This document shows, in pieces, positions 1 through 8,888 of a DNA stretch of 64,000 nt. The notes below the pieces were generated by a model. The model did no database searches. It worked only from the letters and a program-made list of their open reading frames with translations, and had not been told where the DNA came from. A program made the position numbers and the translations under genes. Positions within the stretch are counted from its first letter, which is position 1. Each line of letters opens with the position of its first letter. The stretch is from an uncultured Candidatus Melainabacteria bacterium (lineage in GTDB: Bacteria; Cyanobacteriota; Vampirovibrionia; Gastranaerophilales; Gastranaerophilaceae): positions 41,324 through 105,323 of the forward strand of contig CAKVCZ010000003.1 of the NCBI GenBank assembly GCA_934726055.1, read 5' to 3'.

Positions 1-292
1 GGTAGCGAGCTTCCATTGTTTTTGCGTGGCTTTCATCAACCTTTTTGTCTCCAAAATGAGCTCTTGCTTGTTTTTCAAAGTCGCTCATTTCAGTTCTGCT
101 AGCATCAACTTTAGCATCACCAAAGTAAGCTCTTGCTTGACGTTCAAAATCTACTTGGTCAAATGCATCTTTAGCTGCTTGGTAACGTGCATCTAATGTT
201 TTACGATGGCTTTCATCAACTTTTTTGTCTCCAAAACGAGCTCTTGCTTGTGCTTCGAAACTAGCTGCTGAACTTGAAAAACCTACTGACAT
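1..292 (-). CDS. hypothetical repeat protein, N-terminal part only (gene runs off the left window edge)
   Basis: Absent from the ORF track because it is open at the window edge. Reverse-strand ATG at 290-292 is preceded by GGAG (complement of 302-305). Translation is MSVGFSSSAASFEAQARARFGDKKVDESHRKTLDARY..., and the motif QARA-x-FGD-x-KVD-x-S occurs three times. Confidence 0.6.
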   Translation of the reverse strand, partial: MSVGFSSSAASFEAQARARFGDKKVDESHRKTLDARYQAAKDAFDQVDFERQARAYFGDAKVDASRTEMSDFEKQARAHFGDKKVDESHAKTMEARY

Positions 293-549
293 AAAAATTT
301 TCTCCTTATACTAAATGTAATTTCCACTTCCTTGACTACATAAAGCATCCTGAAAATAAAAATTGACATGGTTTTAGCATGGTTTTTACAAAACTTTACA
401 ATATGTTTTTGTTAGTAAAAAATTAATAAGGGTTGAAGTTTTATTTTATCTTCATTTTCGGCTTTTATACTTTTGATTTCTTATTGGGTAATATAATTTT
501 CTGGTATTTGTTGTTATTATTCTAAAAAACAAGAGGAAAGGAGAATATA

Positions 550-1089
550 ATGCAGCTAAAGGGAAGCCAAACCGAGAAAAATTTATGGGAAGCCTTTGCG
601 GGCGAATCTATGGCAAGAAATAAATATACTTATTATGCCTCAAAAGCCAAAAAAGATGGTTATGAACGTATAGCAAGAGTTTTTGAGGAAACTGCAAATA
701 ACGAAAAAGAGCATGCGGAAATTTGGTTTAAGTATTTGCATAAAGATAAAATTCCACATACACAGGATAATCTTGAAGATGCAGCAAAAGGAGAATATTA
801 TGAATGGACTAAGATGTATAAGAATTTTGCTAAAGTGGCAAGAGATGAAGGCTTTGTTGATATTGCACTTCATTTTGATATGGTTGCGACCGTTGAGAAA
901 TTTCACAATGAAAGATACGATAGACTTTTAGAGGATGTTAAGCAGGATAGAATGTTTAAATCTCCCATGCCCATTTTGTGGGAATGTTCCAATTGCGGAT
1001 TTCACATAATATCTGAAAATGCTCCGGATGTTTGTCCTTTGTGTGATCATGAAAAGTCTTATTTTTTTAATAAAGAAGAAAATTTATAA
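550..1089 (+). CDS. rbr: rubrerythrin
   Basis: N-terminal ferritin-like diiron region ([16 protein letters not shown]..., EKEHAEIW) plus a C-terminal rubredoxin-type CxxC...CxxC (CSNCG...CPLCDH). AGGAG lies upstream of the ATG. Confidence 0.9.
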   Translation: MQLKGSQTEKNLWEAFAGESMARNKYTYYASKAKKDGYERIARVFEETANNEKEHAEIWFKYLHKDKIPHTQDNLEDAAKGEYYEWTKMYKNFAKVARDEGFVDIALHFDMVATVEKFHNERYDRLLEDVKQDRMFKSPMPILWECSNCGFHIISENAPDVCPLCDHEKSYFFNKEENL

Positions 1090-1094
1090 AAAAT

Positions 1095-2921
1095 TTATTT
1101 TGATGATTTTGATTTCTGCAAAACATATTTGCAGCCACTGTCTTCAGCATCAATTTTTCCGTCGAAATCATTATCAATACCATCAAAACATGAGCCAAGC
1201 GAGTCGTGAGATTCGCTTGAAGCGTTTTTTGTTAGCCATTTGTCAGAAATTTTTCCCCATTGATATACAAAAAAGTCTTTGTAGTATTTTGCTAAATCCG
1301 GATTTTCTATAACTAAAATATTCTCGTCATTTTTTGAATTTCCATTTTTAGAAAGGTTCATTGAGCCTACTATAACATACTTATCATCTATTATTATGCT
1401 TTTTGCATGCATTTTTCCGGCATAATTTTCTGTTTTTACCAAAATTTTATTATCTCTTAATTGTTGGTGTGTTGAATATTTATTATTTGCACTTGTTGCA
1501 TCAATAATAATTTTTATATCTACACCCCTTGTTTTTGCATCAATAAGTGCTTGTGTTACAGGTTTGTATGTTATTATAAAAGTCGGAATATAAATATATT
1601 TTTTTGAATTGTTTATTAGTGGAATTAATATATTATCTATGGTTTTGTCTTTCGGAGAAAAGTAAACAGATATAATAGAATCACCGAGTAAAATATTTTC
1701 TTTGTGTTCTAATTTCAATTTTTTATTATGAAAGTTGTTTTCTGCCATTTGATTAAATTCTTGTTCGTATATTTCTGCAATTTCAGGAGATTTTATCAAA
1801 ATTATTGCATTTGAATTAAATCCGCAAACATCGCTTGAACTTATGTTCGCAGAACCTGTAAGTACAATTTTTTTGTCAAAAATAAAGAATTTGTTATGCA
1901 TTATGGAATTTTGATAGTCAGATTCACCATAATCACCTTTACTTCCAACAATCATTCTTGCCATATTAAAAGTATCGGGATAAAAATTAAGTCCTTTATT
2001 GTTGACATCGTAAACCATACGTACTTGAACTCCGCGTTTTATGGCTCTTTCTATTGCAAAGGTAATATCAGGTATATTTGTGTAGCCATATAGAGCCATA
2101 TCTATGCTCTTATTAGAATTGTTTATTTGAGTAACAAGTTCTTTACAAAAATCGCTTGTACATTTTCCGCTAGGGTATAGAACTGTTGTAAGGTCTGTTA
2201 GAAACAATTTTATATTTTCTTTTGATATAGAAAAACTTTTTGGATGAATATTTTTAATTAATTCTTTTTCTTTTACTATTTCATTGGATTGTTTATTGGA
2301 TTCATTAGATGTATGTTTATCTTTGCAAAAATTACAAGCTTGAGCATTCTTTGGTAGTTGATTTTTAGGTAAAATTACTGAATCATGTGCTATTTGTCCG
2401 TATTTACATGAAAGTTTATGATATTTATTACTTTTGTTGTTATAAATTTTTAATTGAGAATTTTTTGCAAGTTGAATTTGTTTATCAAAATCTTTTTTAT
2501 TTACAGGTTTTCCATCTATCAAAGCAAATGGAGATTTTTTAATTATTTGATTATAATTTTTGCCATTAAAAGTTATAACAATATTTCCGTTATCAAGTTT
2601 TTTATATTTAACTTGTCTGTCTTCAATTAAACTTTGAGCGTATTTTTCTGCAAAATATCCTATTGCAAGGGCTGTATCTTCATCTATTCCCAGATTTTCT
2701 GCCATAACTTTTTGATAGTCGCTTACACTTGATGTAAATGTATCAATTCCTTCTACAACAAATTTTTCATTTGCCTCTGTTCTTCCGTTTTTGTTTAAAT
2801 CGAGTGAAACCAGTGCAGGTGTAACTACTTCTGATACTTTAACAGTATTTTTTGTATAAAAAGTAGTGCTTATAAATGCAATAAGCATTAATATTATTAA
2901 TACTATACTAAATTGTTTCAT
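1095..2921 (-). CDS. phospholipase D-family (two HKD motifs) membrane-anchored protein
   Basis: Two HxK(x)4D motifs (MHNKFFIFDKK...GSANIS and MHAKSIIIDDK...GSMNLS). N-terminal hydrophobic anchor. C-terminal Cys-flanked CFDGIDNDFDGKIDAEDSGC motif. Confidence 0.8.
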   Translation of the reverse strand: MKQFSIVLIILMLIAFISTTFYTKNTVKVSEVVTPALVSLDLNKNGRTEANEKFVVEGIDTFTSSVSDYQKVMAENLGIDEDTALAIGYFAEKYAQSLIEDRQVKYKKLDNGNIVITFNGKNYNQIIKKSPFALIDGKPVNKKDFDKQIQLAKNSQLKIYNNKSNKYHKLSCKYGQIAHDSVILPKNQLPKNAQACNFCKDKHTSNESNKQSNEIVKEKELIKNIHPKSFSISKENIKLFLTDLTTVLYPSGKCTSDFCKELVTQINNSNKSIDMALYGYTNIPDITFAIERAIKRGVQVRMVYDVNNKGLNFYPDTFNMARMIVGSKGDYGESDYQNSIMHNKFFIFDKKIVLTGSANISSSDVCGFNSNAIILIKSPEIAEIYEQEFNQMAENNFHNKKLKLEHKENILLGDSIISVYFSPKDKTIDNILIPLINNSKKYIYIPTFIITYKPVTQALIDAKTRGVDIKIIIDATSANNKYSTHQQLRDNKILVKTENYAGKMHAKSIIIDDKYVIVGSMNLSKNGNSKNDENILVIENPDLAKYYKDFFVYQWGKISDKWLTKNASSESHDSLGSCFDGIDNDFDGKIDAEDSGCKYVLQKSKSSK

Positions 2922-3768
2922 AATTGTTTTCTACAAGTTTTTTGTATGTTGTAAATTCAAAACCTTGTCTTTCTATTTCAAATTTCATTTCTTTATTTTG
3001 GGTAATTTCGTATTCCGATTTTTTTTCATTAAAATAAGGATGTATTAATGCTTCAATTAATAAATTTTCGCGGTTTTTGAAAACTTTTAAGCCGTTTTTA
3101 ATAGTTTTATCATCCATCATTCCCGTGTAGCTTACACCAATTAAATAATCATTTGTTTTTAGATTTGGGTATCTGTTCAGTGTTTTTTTATTTATTTTTG
3201 AAAAGGTATTTAATAATAAAACTTTTATTTGATTTACCGGATAATTAATATTTAAATGTTTACTTAATACTGGTGTTATATAAGGTTTTTCGTACTGTGT
3301 TCTTACGTATGGAATATTATATTCGTTTGCGAGTTTGCAAGTTAATTCAAACAGATTTGGAATTCCATGAGTATGGACGTGAGAATCTATATGTGCGGGA
3401 TTTAAATGAGTTTTAATTTTTTCTATCTGTGCACGAAACTCTATTTCAACTTGTTTTAAAAACTCGTTATTAAAAGAGTTTTTTAAAAGTTGAGTCCAAC
3501 TATTGTTAAAATATCCGTTTTTATCAACTAATAAGGGAACTTGTTCAGGACAAAGTGCTTTCCCTTCTATAATATTCAAATGAACTCCGATACATAAATT
3601 CGGACATTCAGGCAAAATATCGTTTATTGCGGAATTAAAAGCATCTCCATTTGCACACAAACTTGTAGAATTGATTATTCCACAATTGTAACCGTCTAAA
3701 ATCCCTTTGTTTATGCTGTTATTTATTCCAAAATCATCGGCATTTAATATAAATTTGTTATTATTCAT
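2908..3768 (-). CDS. ChbG/YdjC/HpnK-family carbohydrate deacetylase
   Basis: N-terminus LNADDFGINNSINKGILDGYNCGIINSTSL plus downstream IDSHVHTH, as in the YdjC family. Confidence 0.75.
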   Translation of the reverse strand: MNNNKFILNADDFGINNSINKGILDGYNCGIINSTSLCANGDAFNSAINDILPECPNLCIGVHLNIIEGKALCPEQVPLLVDKNGYFNNSWTQLLKNSFNNEFLKQVEIEFRAQIEKIKTHLNPAHIDSHVHTHGIPNLFELTCKLANEYNIPYVRTQYEKPYITPVLSKHLNINYPVNQIKVLLLNTFSKINKKTLNRYPNLKTNDYLIGVSYTGMMDDKTIKNGLKVFKNRENLLIEALIHPYFNEKKSEYEITQNKEMKFEIERQGFEFTTYKKLVENNYETI

Positions 3769-3838
3769 AAAATTCTCTTGCCCTTAAAACATAATTATTA
3801 TAATATAAAAATAAATATAGAACAAAAAAGGATAAATC

Positions 3839-4792
3839 ATGAATAAACCAATTTTAGCAATTACAATTCCTTGTTATAATGAAGAATTATGTATTGAAAA
3901 AACAGTATATAGCTTGTTTGAAGTGTTAGATGATTTGATTCAAAAAAATAAAATTGATGATAAAAGTTTTATCTATCTGGTTGATGATGGTTCAAAAGAT
4001 AAAACTTGGGAAATTATTTTAAGATTACATAATGAACATTCTCGAGTAAAGGGATTGAAATTTGTTAGAAACTATGGAAATCAAAAAGCACATATTGCGG
4101 GGTTATTGAGTGTTAGAAAGTTAGGTTGCGACTGTGTTGTTTCTATTGATGCAGATTTGCAACAAGACCAATGGGCTATTGAAAAATTTATTGATAAATA
4201 TGCAGATGGTGCAGATATTGTATCAGGAATTAGAAATAGCAGAGATACAGATACATTTTTGAAAAAAACAACTGCAATTTGTTTTTATAAGACCATGAAT
4301 TTATTGGGCGTAAAAATTCCTATGAATCATTCTGACTTTAGGTTGGTTAGCAAAAAAGCATTGGATATTTTAGCTGAGTATCCTGAAAAAGAAATCTTTT
4401 TGAGAGGATTCTTTAACGAAATAGGCTTAAAATCTGCTATTGTGAATTTTGATGTAAAACCGAGAGAACAGGGTGAATCTAAATTTAATTATATGACACT
4501 TCTTGCACTTGCTCTAAACGGAATAACTTCATTCAGCATTATGCCATTGAGAATTATTGCAGTATTAGGCTTTTTTATGGCTTTATTTGCAGTAGGTTTA
4601 GGATTAGAAGTTGTTTATGAAAAAGTATTTTTAAACTCAACCCCAAATGGCTGGGCAACTTTGGTTGTTTTGTTAGCTTTCTTCGGTGGGTTACAATTAT
4701 TTTGCATGGGAATTATCGGCGAATACTTAGGACAAGTATTCAATGAAGTTAAAGCAAGACCTCGTTATATTGTTGAAACAGAACTAAATTAA
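3839..4792 (+). CDS. family 2 glycosyltransferase, polyprenyl-phosphate sugar transferase type (GtrB/ArnC-like)
   Basis: ITIPCYNEE...VDDGSKDKT...DADLQ motifs, with two C-terminal transmembrane helices typical of GtrB/ArnC-like enzymes. Confidence 0.8.
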   Translation: MNKPILAITIPCYNEELCIEKTVYSLFEVLDDLIQKNKIDDKSFIYLVDDGSKDKTWEIILRLHNEHSRVKGLKFVRNYGNQKAHIAGLLSVRKLGCDCVVSIDADLQQDQWAIEKFIDKYADGADIVSGIRNSRDTDTFLKKTTAICFYKTMNLLGVKIPMNHSDFRLVSKKALDILAEYPEKEIFLRGFFNEIGLKSAIVNFDVKPREQGESKFNYMTLLALALNGITSFSIMPLRIIAVLGFFMALFAVGLGLEVVYEKVFLNSTPNGWATLVVLLAFFGGLQLFCMGIIGEYLGQVFNEVKARPRYIVETELN

Positions 4793-5953
4793 TCCGTTTT
4801 GCTTATCTTGTTCATTAATTTGTTTAACGAAATATTTAATCATGCATGCTTCGTTTGTACTTATGCAAATTTCGAAGTAAGGTACGGCTTCTTGTAATTC
4901 TTTTTGCATGTGTGCTAACAATCCTGGGATGAATATTCTTTTTATTTTAACTTTGTCGTACAATCCGGATGCTTTAATTGCTTTTGATGCGATGTTTGCA
5001 GTGAATTTTTCTGCTGACCATGCTGTCAATACGCTCATACCGTCTGATGGAGTTACAATTAAATAAGTCCCTCGGTCAATTGATTCAAGCTCATTTGCAA
5101 CTGAAAAATATGTTAGTGCAAAATTTGTTGTTAAAAAAATTAGAGCATTTTCATCAGGATTGTTAAATTCATATACTTTTGGTTCAATTTGCAAAGGTTT
5201 TTGCGGATCAGTAAATATATTTTGCCTTAAGGTGATTAAAGAGGCAAACATTGATTCATCAAAATCTTCAAATATAATCATATTTGCATATTTACACAAA
5301 TAATAACTTGCTTTTGCACACAAATCATATAGATTATTTTGTGTTTTTAAATATATATAAGTCGGATTTGAAAATTCTTCAGCTTTTGTCTCTATTGCAG
5401 TTCTTCTGATTAGTGTGAGTTTTTCAACATTCTTTCCAAAAGAATTTTCATTTATTTCTGTTAAATCTTTTGGTAAATTTTGAATGACTGTAATGTTTTT
5501 TTCTTCAATTTTATTAACCAAATTGTCAGTTATATTACTTCCCTTTAATAAAACTGCGTCAATTTTGAAGTTCTCATTTATTCTTGTAATTTCAAAATCT
5601 AAAATGCGATTAAGTTTATTTTCATATTCAGTATCTGTATCAAGCACAACACAAAGTACTGTCGGATTAATAAAGGTTTTATCGTGTCTGAATAGAACTT
5701 CTTCACCACCAATTTTAAGTTGATTTTTTTCGCTCAAAATGATTTCTTTTTGGGCTTTTTTCATTGTATGAGAAAAAATATCTTTTAATTCTTCAGGTGC
5801 ATAAGGGCATTTGGTAATTTCAGTTTCACCTTTTGCTAATTTTAAAGCATAAGACATGCATGTTGGAAAACCACATTCTTTACAATTAGAATGTTCTTCT
5901 TTTTTTGATGCCGGTAAGTATTTAAAAATCTGTAAACCTGATAGTTCTGCCAT
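4784..5953 (-). CDS. acsC: corrinoid iron-sulfur protein large subunit (AcsC/CdhE-like)
   Basis: N-terminus [43 protein letters not shown] closely resembles the [4Fe-4S] N-terminal domain of CoFeSP gamma subunits. Its start overlaps the stop of the upstream acsD-like gene (TAATG). Confidence 0.7.
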   Translation of the reverse strand: MAELSGLQIFKYLPASKKEEHSNCKECGFPTCMSYALKLAKGETEITKCPYAPEELKDIFSHTMKKAQKEIILSEKNQLKIGGEEVLFRHDKTFINPTVLCVVLDTDTEYENKLNRILDFEITRINENFKIDAVLLKGSNITDNLVNKIEEKNITVIQNLPKDLTEINENSFGKNVEKLTLIRRTAIETKAEEFSNPTYIYLKTQNNLYDLCAKASYYLCKYANMIIFEDFDESMFASLITLRQNIFTDPQKPLQIEPKVYEFNNPDENALIFLTTNFALTYFSVANELESIDRGTYLIVTPSDGMSVLTAWSAEKFTANIASKAIKASGLYDKVKIKRIFIPGLLAHMQKELQEAVPYFEICISTNEACMIKYFVKQINEQDKQNGLI

Positions 5954-6846
5954 TAATTTAAACCTTTCAGTGTTTCAATACTTGTTGGATGATTTAACAC
6001 AACAATGTTTGCCCCCGCAGCAGAAATTGCTGAACCGGCAGTTATTTCAAGCATTATTGCTCGATGATTTAATTCTCCCCAACTTCCTTGTATATCTTCT
6101 GTTTTAGATTCTTTTGTTTTAAGAGTTTCTTCTCCTGCGAACGCTATAATAGGCATATTTAGCATTTTATCTCCGTCAAATCCCGCAAGTTTTATGCGTT
6201 CCATAATGCTATAACCATATTCTAAACCATAACCTAAACCGCCCATATCAGGATCAATAAGGATTTTATCAGGCGAAAGTCCCATTTCTGTTGTCAAAAT
6301 GTTCATTTCTTTTGCCAAATTTATATCAATAGGTGTTCGTATTACAAGTATATGATTTCCTTCTATCACAGGTGGAACTATGTTTTTATAAGTTTTTTCA
6401 CTTGCAAATGCTATTATGCATTCTCTGTCTAAAACACTAATTAATTCTGGTATAAGAACATTATCAATATCTGTTTTATTTATTCCTCGAATCATTAGAG
6501 GCTTTTTTATTGTTGGTAACAAAGTCTTTAAAAGTTTTTTTGCCTCATTTACCTGAGCTAAATCTTCATATATGTTAAATTTTAATCCCAAAATATCACA
6601 AGGGGTTTTTTGTGCAAGTTCGATCATTTTTTGTGGATTAAAATTTGTACCAATAAAGTAATCTTTAACTGACGGATTAGATAATTCAGGATTAGAAATA
6701 TTTAATTCTAAAGCATATAATGGTTTTGTTGTGTTAGAATTTTCAGTTAAAAAATGAAATGAAGAGTCGTTCCCTATTTTTAGGTTATTGAATTCAATAT
6801 TTCTTATTGGCTGTTTTATTTCAAATTTAGATGTCTGCTCTTGCAT
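5953..6846 (-). CDS. acsD: corrinoid iron-sulfur protein small subunit (AcsD/CdhD-like)
   Basis: [35 protein letters not shown] resembles the conserved core of the delta/small CoFeSP subunit. It is adjacent to, and coupled with, the acsC-like gene. Confidence 0.65.
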   Translation of the reverse strand: MQEQTSKFEIKQPIRNIEFNNLKIGNDSSFHFLTENSNTTKPLYALELNISNPELSNPSVKDYFIGTNFNPQKMIELAQKTPCDILGLKFNIYEDLAQVNEAKKLLKTLLPTIKKPLMIRGINKTDIDNVLIPELISVLDRECIIAFASEKTYKNIVPPVIEGNHILVIRTPIDINLAKEMNILTTEMGLSPDKILIDPDMGGLGYGLEYGYSIMERIKLAGFDGDKMLNMPIIAFAGEETLKTKESKTEDIQGSWGELNHRAIMLEITAGSAISAAGANIVVLNHPTSIETLKGLN

Positions 6847-8707
6847 TTTTTACTTGTTCCATTAATTCAACAAACTCTTTTTCATCTAATGTTTCCATTT
6901 CAAGAAGTCTGTGAGAAAGTGCATCAAGCATATCTCTATTATCTTCTAATAGAGTTTTTGCCAAATCATATTGTTCATTAACGATTCTTTGAACTTCAGC
7001 ATCAATTTCTGCTGCAATTTCTTCGGAATAATCTCTTGAATGACCGAAATCTCTGCCCATAAACACGTGGTCTTGGCTCTTTCCGTATGCCAAGTTGCCT
7101 AATTTTTCACTCATACCATATTTTGTAACCATAGCACGAGCCATTTCGGTTACTTTTTCTAAGTCATTAGAAGCTCCTGTTGTGATAAATTCTTTGCCAT
7201 AAATTATTTCTTCAGCAACTCTACCGCCAAGAGTCATTGCAATTTTATCTAACAGTTGAACTTTTTTAAGAGTAAGGTGATCTTTTTCAGGTAAAACCAT
7301 TGTAACACCCAGTGCCATTCCACGTGGAATTATAGAAACTTTGTGTAATGGATCACAGTTTTTAAGTAATTTTGCAAGTAGAGCATGACCAACTTCATGA
7401 TATGCAGTGTTTTCTTTTTCTTCATCAGAAATGATTCTACTTTTCTTTTCCGGTCCTGCCATTACTTTATCTATTGCTTCTTCTAAATCATCCATATAAA
7501 TTTTCGCTTTGTTATGTCTTGCAGCAAGTAATGCAGCTTCGTTTAAAAGATTTTGCAAATCGGCACCTGTAAATCCCGGAGTACGTTTAGCTAAAGTTTT
7601 TAATTCAACTTCTTCAGCTAAAGGTTTATTTTTAGCGTGAACTTTTAAAATTTGTTCTCTGCCTAGTATGTCTGGTCTATTTATAACAATTTGTCTGTCA
7701 AATCTACCCGGACGTAAAAGAGCATTATCAAGAATGTCAGGTCTGTTTGTTGCTGCAATTACAATTATGTTGGTTGTATCGTCAAAACCGTCCATCTCAA
7801 CAAGCAATTGGTTAAGTGTTTGTTCACGTTCATCATGACCACCGCCAAGACCTGCACCACGTTGTCTTCCGACCGCATCAATTTCATCTATAAAAATTAT
7901 GCATGGCTGATGTTTTTTGGCTTGTTCAAACAAATCTCTAACTCTGCTTGCACCAACCCCAACAAACATTTCAACAAAGTCAGAACCGGAAATAGAGAAG
8001 AAAGGAACTCCTGCTTCACCTGCAACAGCTTTAGCCATTAAAGTTTTACCTGTTCCTGGAGGTCCAACAAGAAGGACACCTTTTGGAATTTTTGCACCTA
8101 ATTTTATATATTTTTCGCCATTTTTAAGAAAATCAACTATTTCTTCAAGTTCTTTCTTTTCTTCATCAATACCGGCTACATCGCCGAAAAGGACTTTAAC
8201 TTTGTTATCTAAAAGCATTTTGGCTCTGCTTTTACCGAAAGACATTGCTTGAGAACCGCCTGCGGATAACCCTTTAGCCATAATTATTAAGAATATAATG
8301 ATAAACAAAGGCAATGCTAATGAACCGATTATATTTAGAATTTTAGATGATTCACTTGGTTTCATAACAGATATATCGACGTTTGCATCTTCGAGTTTTT
8401 TAATCAAGTTAGGATCGCTTGGAGTCAAAACTTTATACTGCAAAGTTGGAGATGTTGTTTGCAGGCTTGAATAAATTCTTGGCAAATCTTTTTTTTCTTC
8501 TGTTTTTGGTTGAGAAACAGGTAGAGCAATAAGATAATTTTTCTCCATTTCGACGGATTTAATTTCTTTATTTGCAACTTTTTGTAAAAAGTTAGTATAA
8601 GACAGTTCTTGAGTGGTAGTAGTTGGTCCTGTAAATAACATAGAGATAAATGCTAGAACCATGATACCTAAGATTACATACATTCCGAGAGATTGGCTTT
8701 TATTCAT
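6827..8707 (-). CDS. ftsH: ATP-dependent zinc metalloprotease FtsH
   Basis: N-terminal TM helices, Walker A GPPGTGKT, Walker B IIFIDEID, second region of homology and the HEVGHA zinc motif. Confidence 0.95.
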   Translation of the reverse strand: MNKSQSLGMYVILGIMVLAFISMLFTGPTTTTQELSYTNFLQKVANKEIKSVEMEKNYLIALPVSQPKTEEKKDLPRIYSSLQTTSPTLQYKVLTPSDPNLIKKLEDANVDISVMKPSESSKILNIIGSLALPLFIIIFLIIMAKGLSAGGSQAMSFGKSRAKMLLDNKVKVLFGDVAGIDEEKKELEEIVDFLKNGEKYIKLGAKIPKGVLLVGPPGTGKTLMAKAVAGEAGVPFFSISGSDFVEMFVGVGASRVRDLFEQAKKHQPCIIFIDEIDAVGRQRGAGLGGGHDEREQTLNQLLVEMDGFDDTTNIIVIAATNRPDILDNALLRPGRFDRQIVINRPDILGREQILKVHAKNKPLAEEVELKTLAKRTPGFTGADLQNLLNEAALLAARHNKAKIYMDDLEEAIDKVMAGPEKKSRIISDEEKENTAYHEVGHALLAKLLKNCDPLHKVSIIPRGMALGVTMVLPEKDHLTLKKVQLLDKIAMTLGGRVAEEIIYGKEFITTGASNDLEKVTEMARAMVTKYGMSEKLGNLAYGKSQDHVFMGRDFGHSRDYSEEIAAEIDAEVQRIVNEQYDLAKTLLEDNRDMLDALSHRLLEMETLDEKEFVELMEQVKNARADI

Positions 8708-8888
8708 AAAAAAATCCTTATATAATTACATCTTAATTCAATAATATAACAACAATAATAATATATCAACAAAAAAAGTTTTGGAACGAAAATATTGGCG
8801 GAATTTTCATATAAATTTATAAATAATGTAAAAGACTTGAAAAATTTTTAAAAATAGTGCATGATATAGAATATAAACTGGAGAAATT

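Noticed and set aside
640-906. Short or antisense ORFs in the six-frame track that lie inside longer, well-supported genes. Examples are 640-906, 683-931, 7917-8252, 9031-9243, 11941-12387, 25580-25993, 40541-40822, 41583-42209, 46375-46695, 52652-52927 and 63114-63371.
   Set aside because: Each is fully embedded in, or antisense to, a gene with clear family motifs. Their translations are low-complexity and Phe/Leu/Ile/Lys-rich, as expected from AT-rich antisense frames. None has a convincing RBS.
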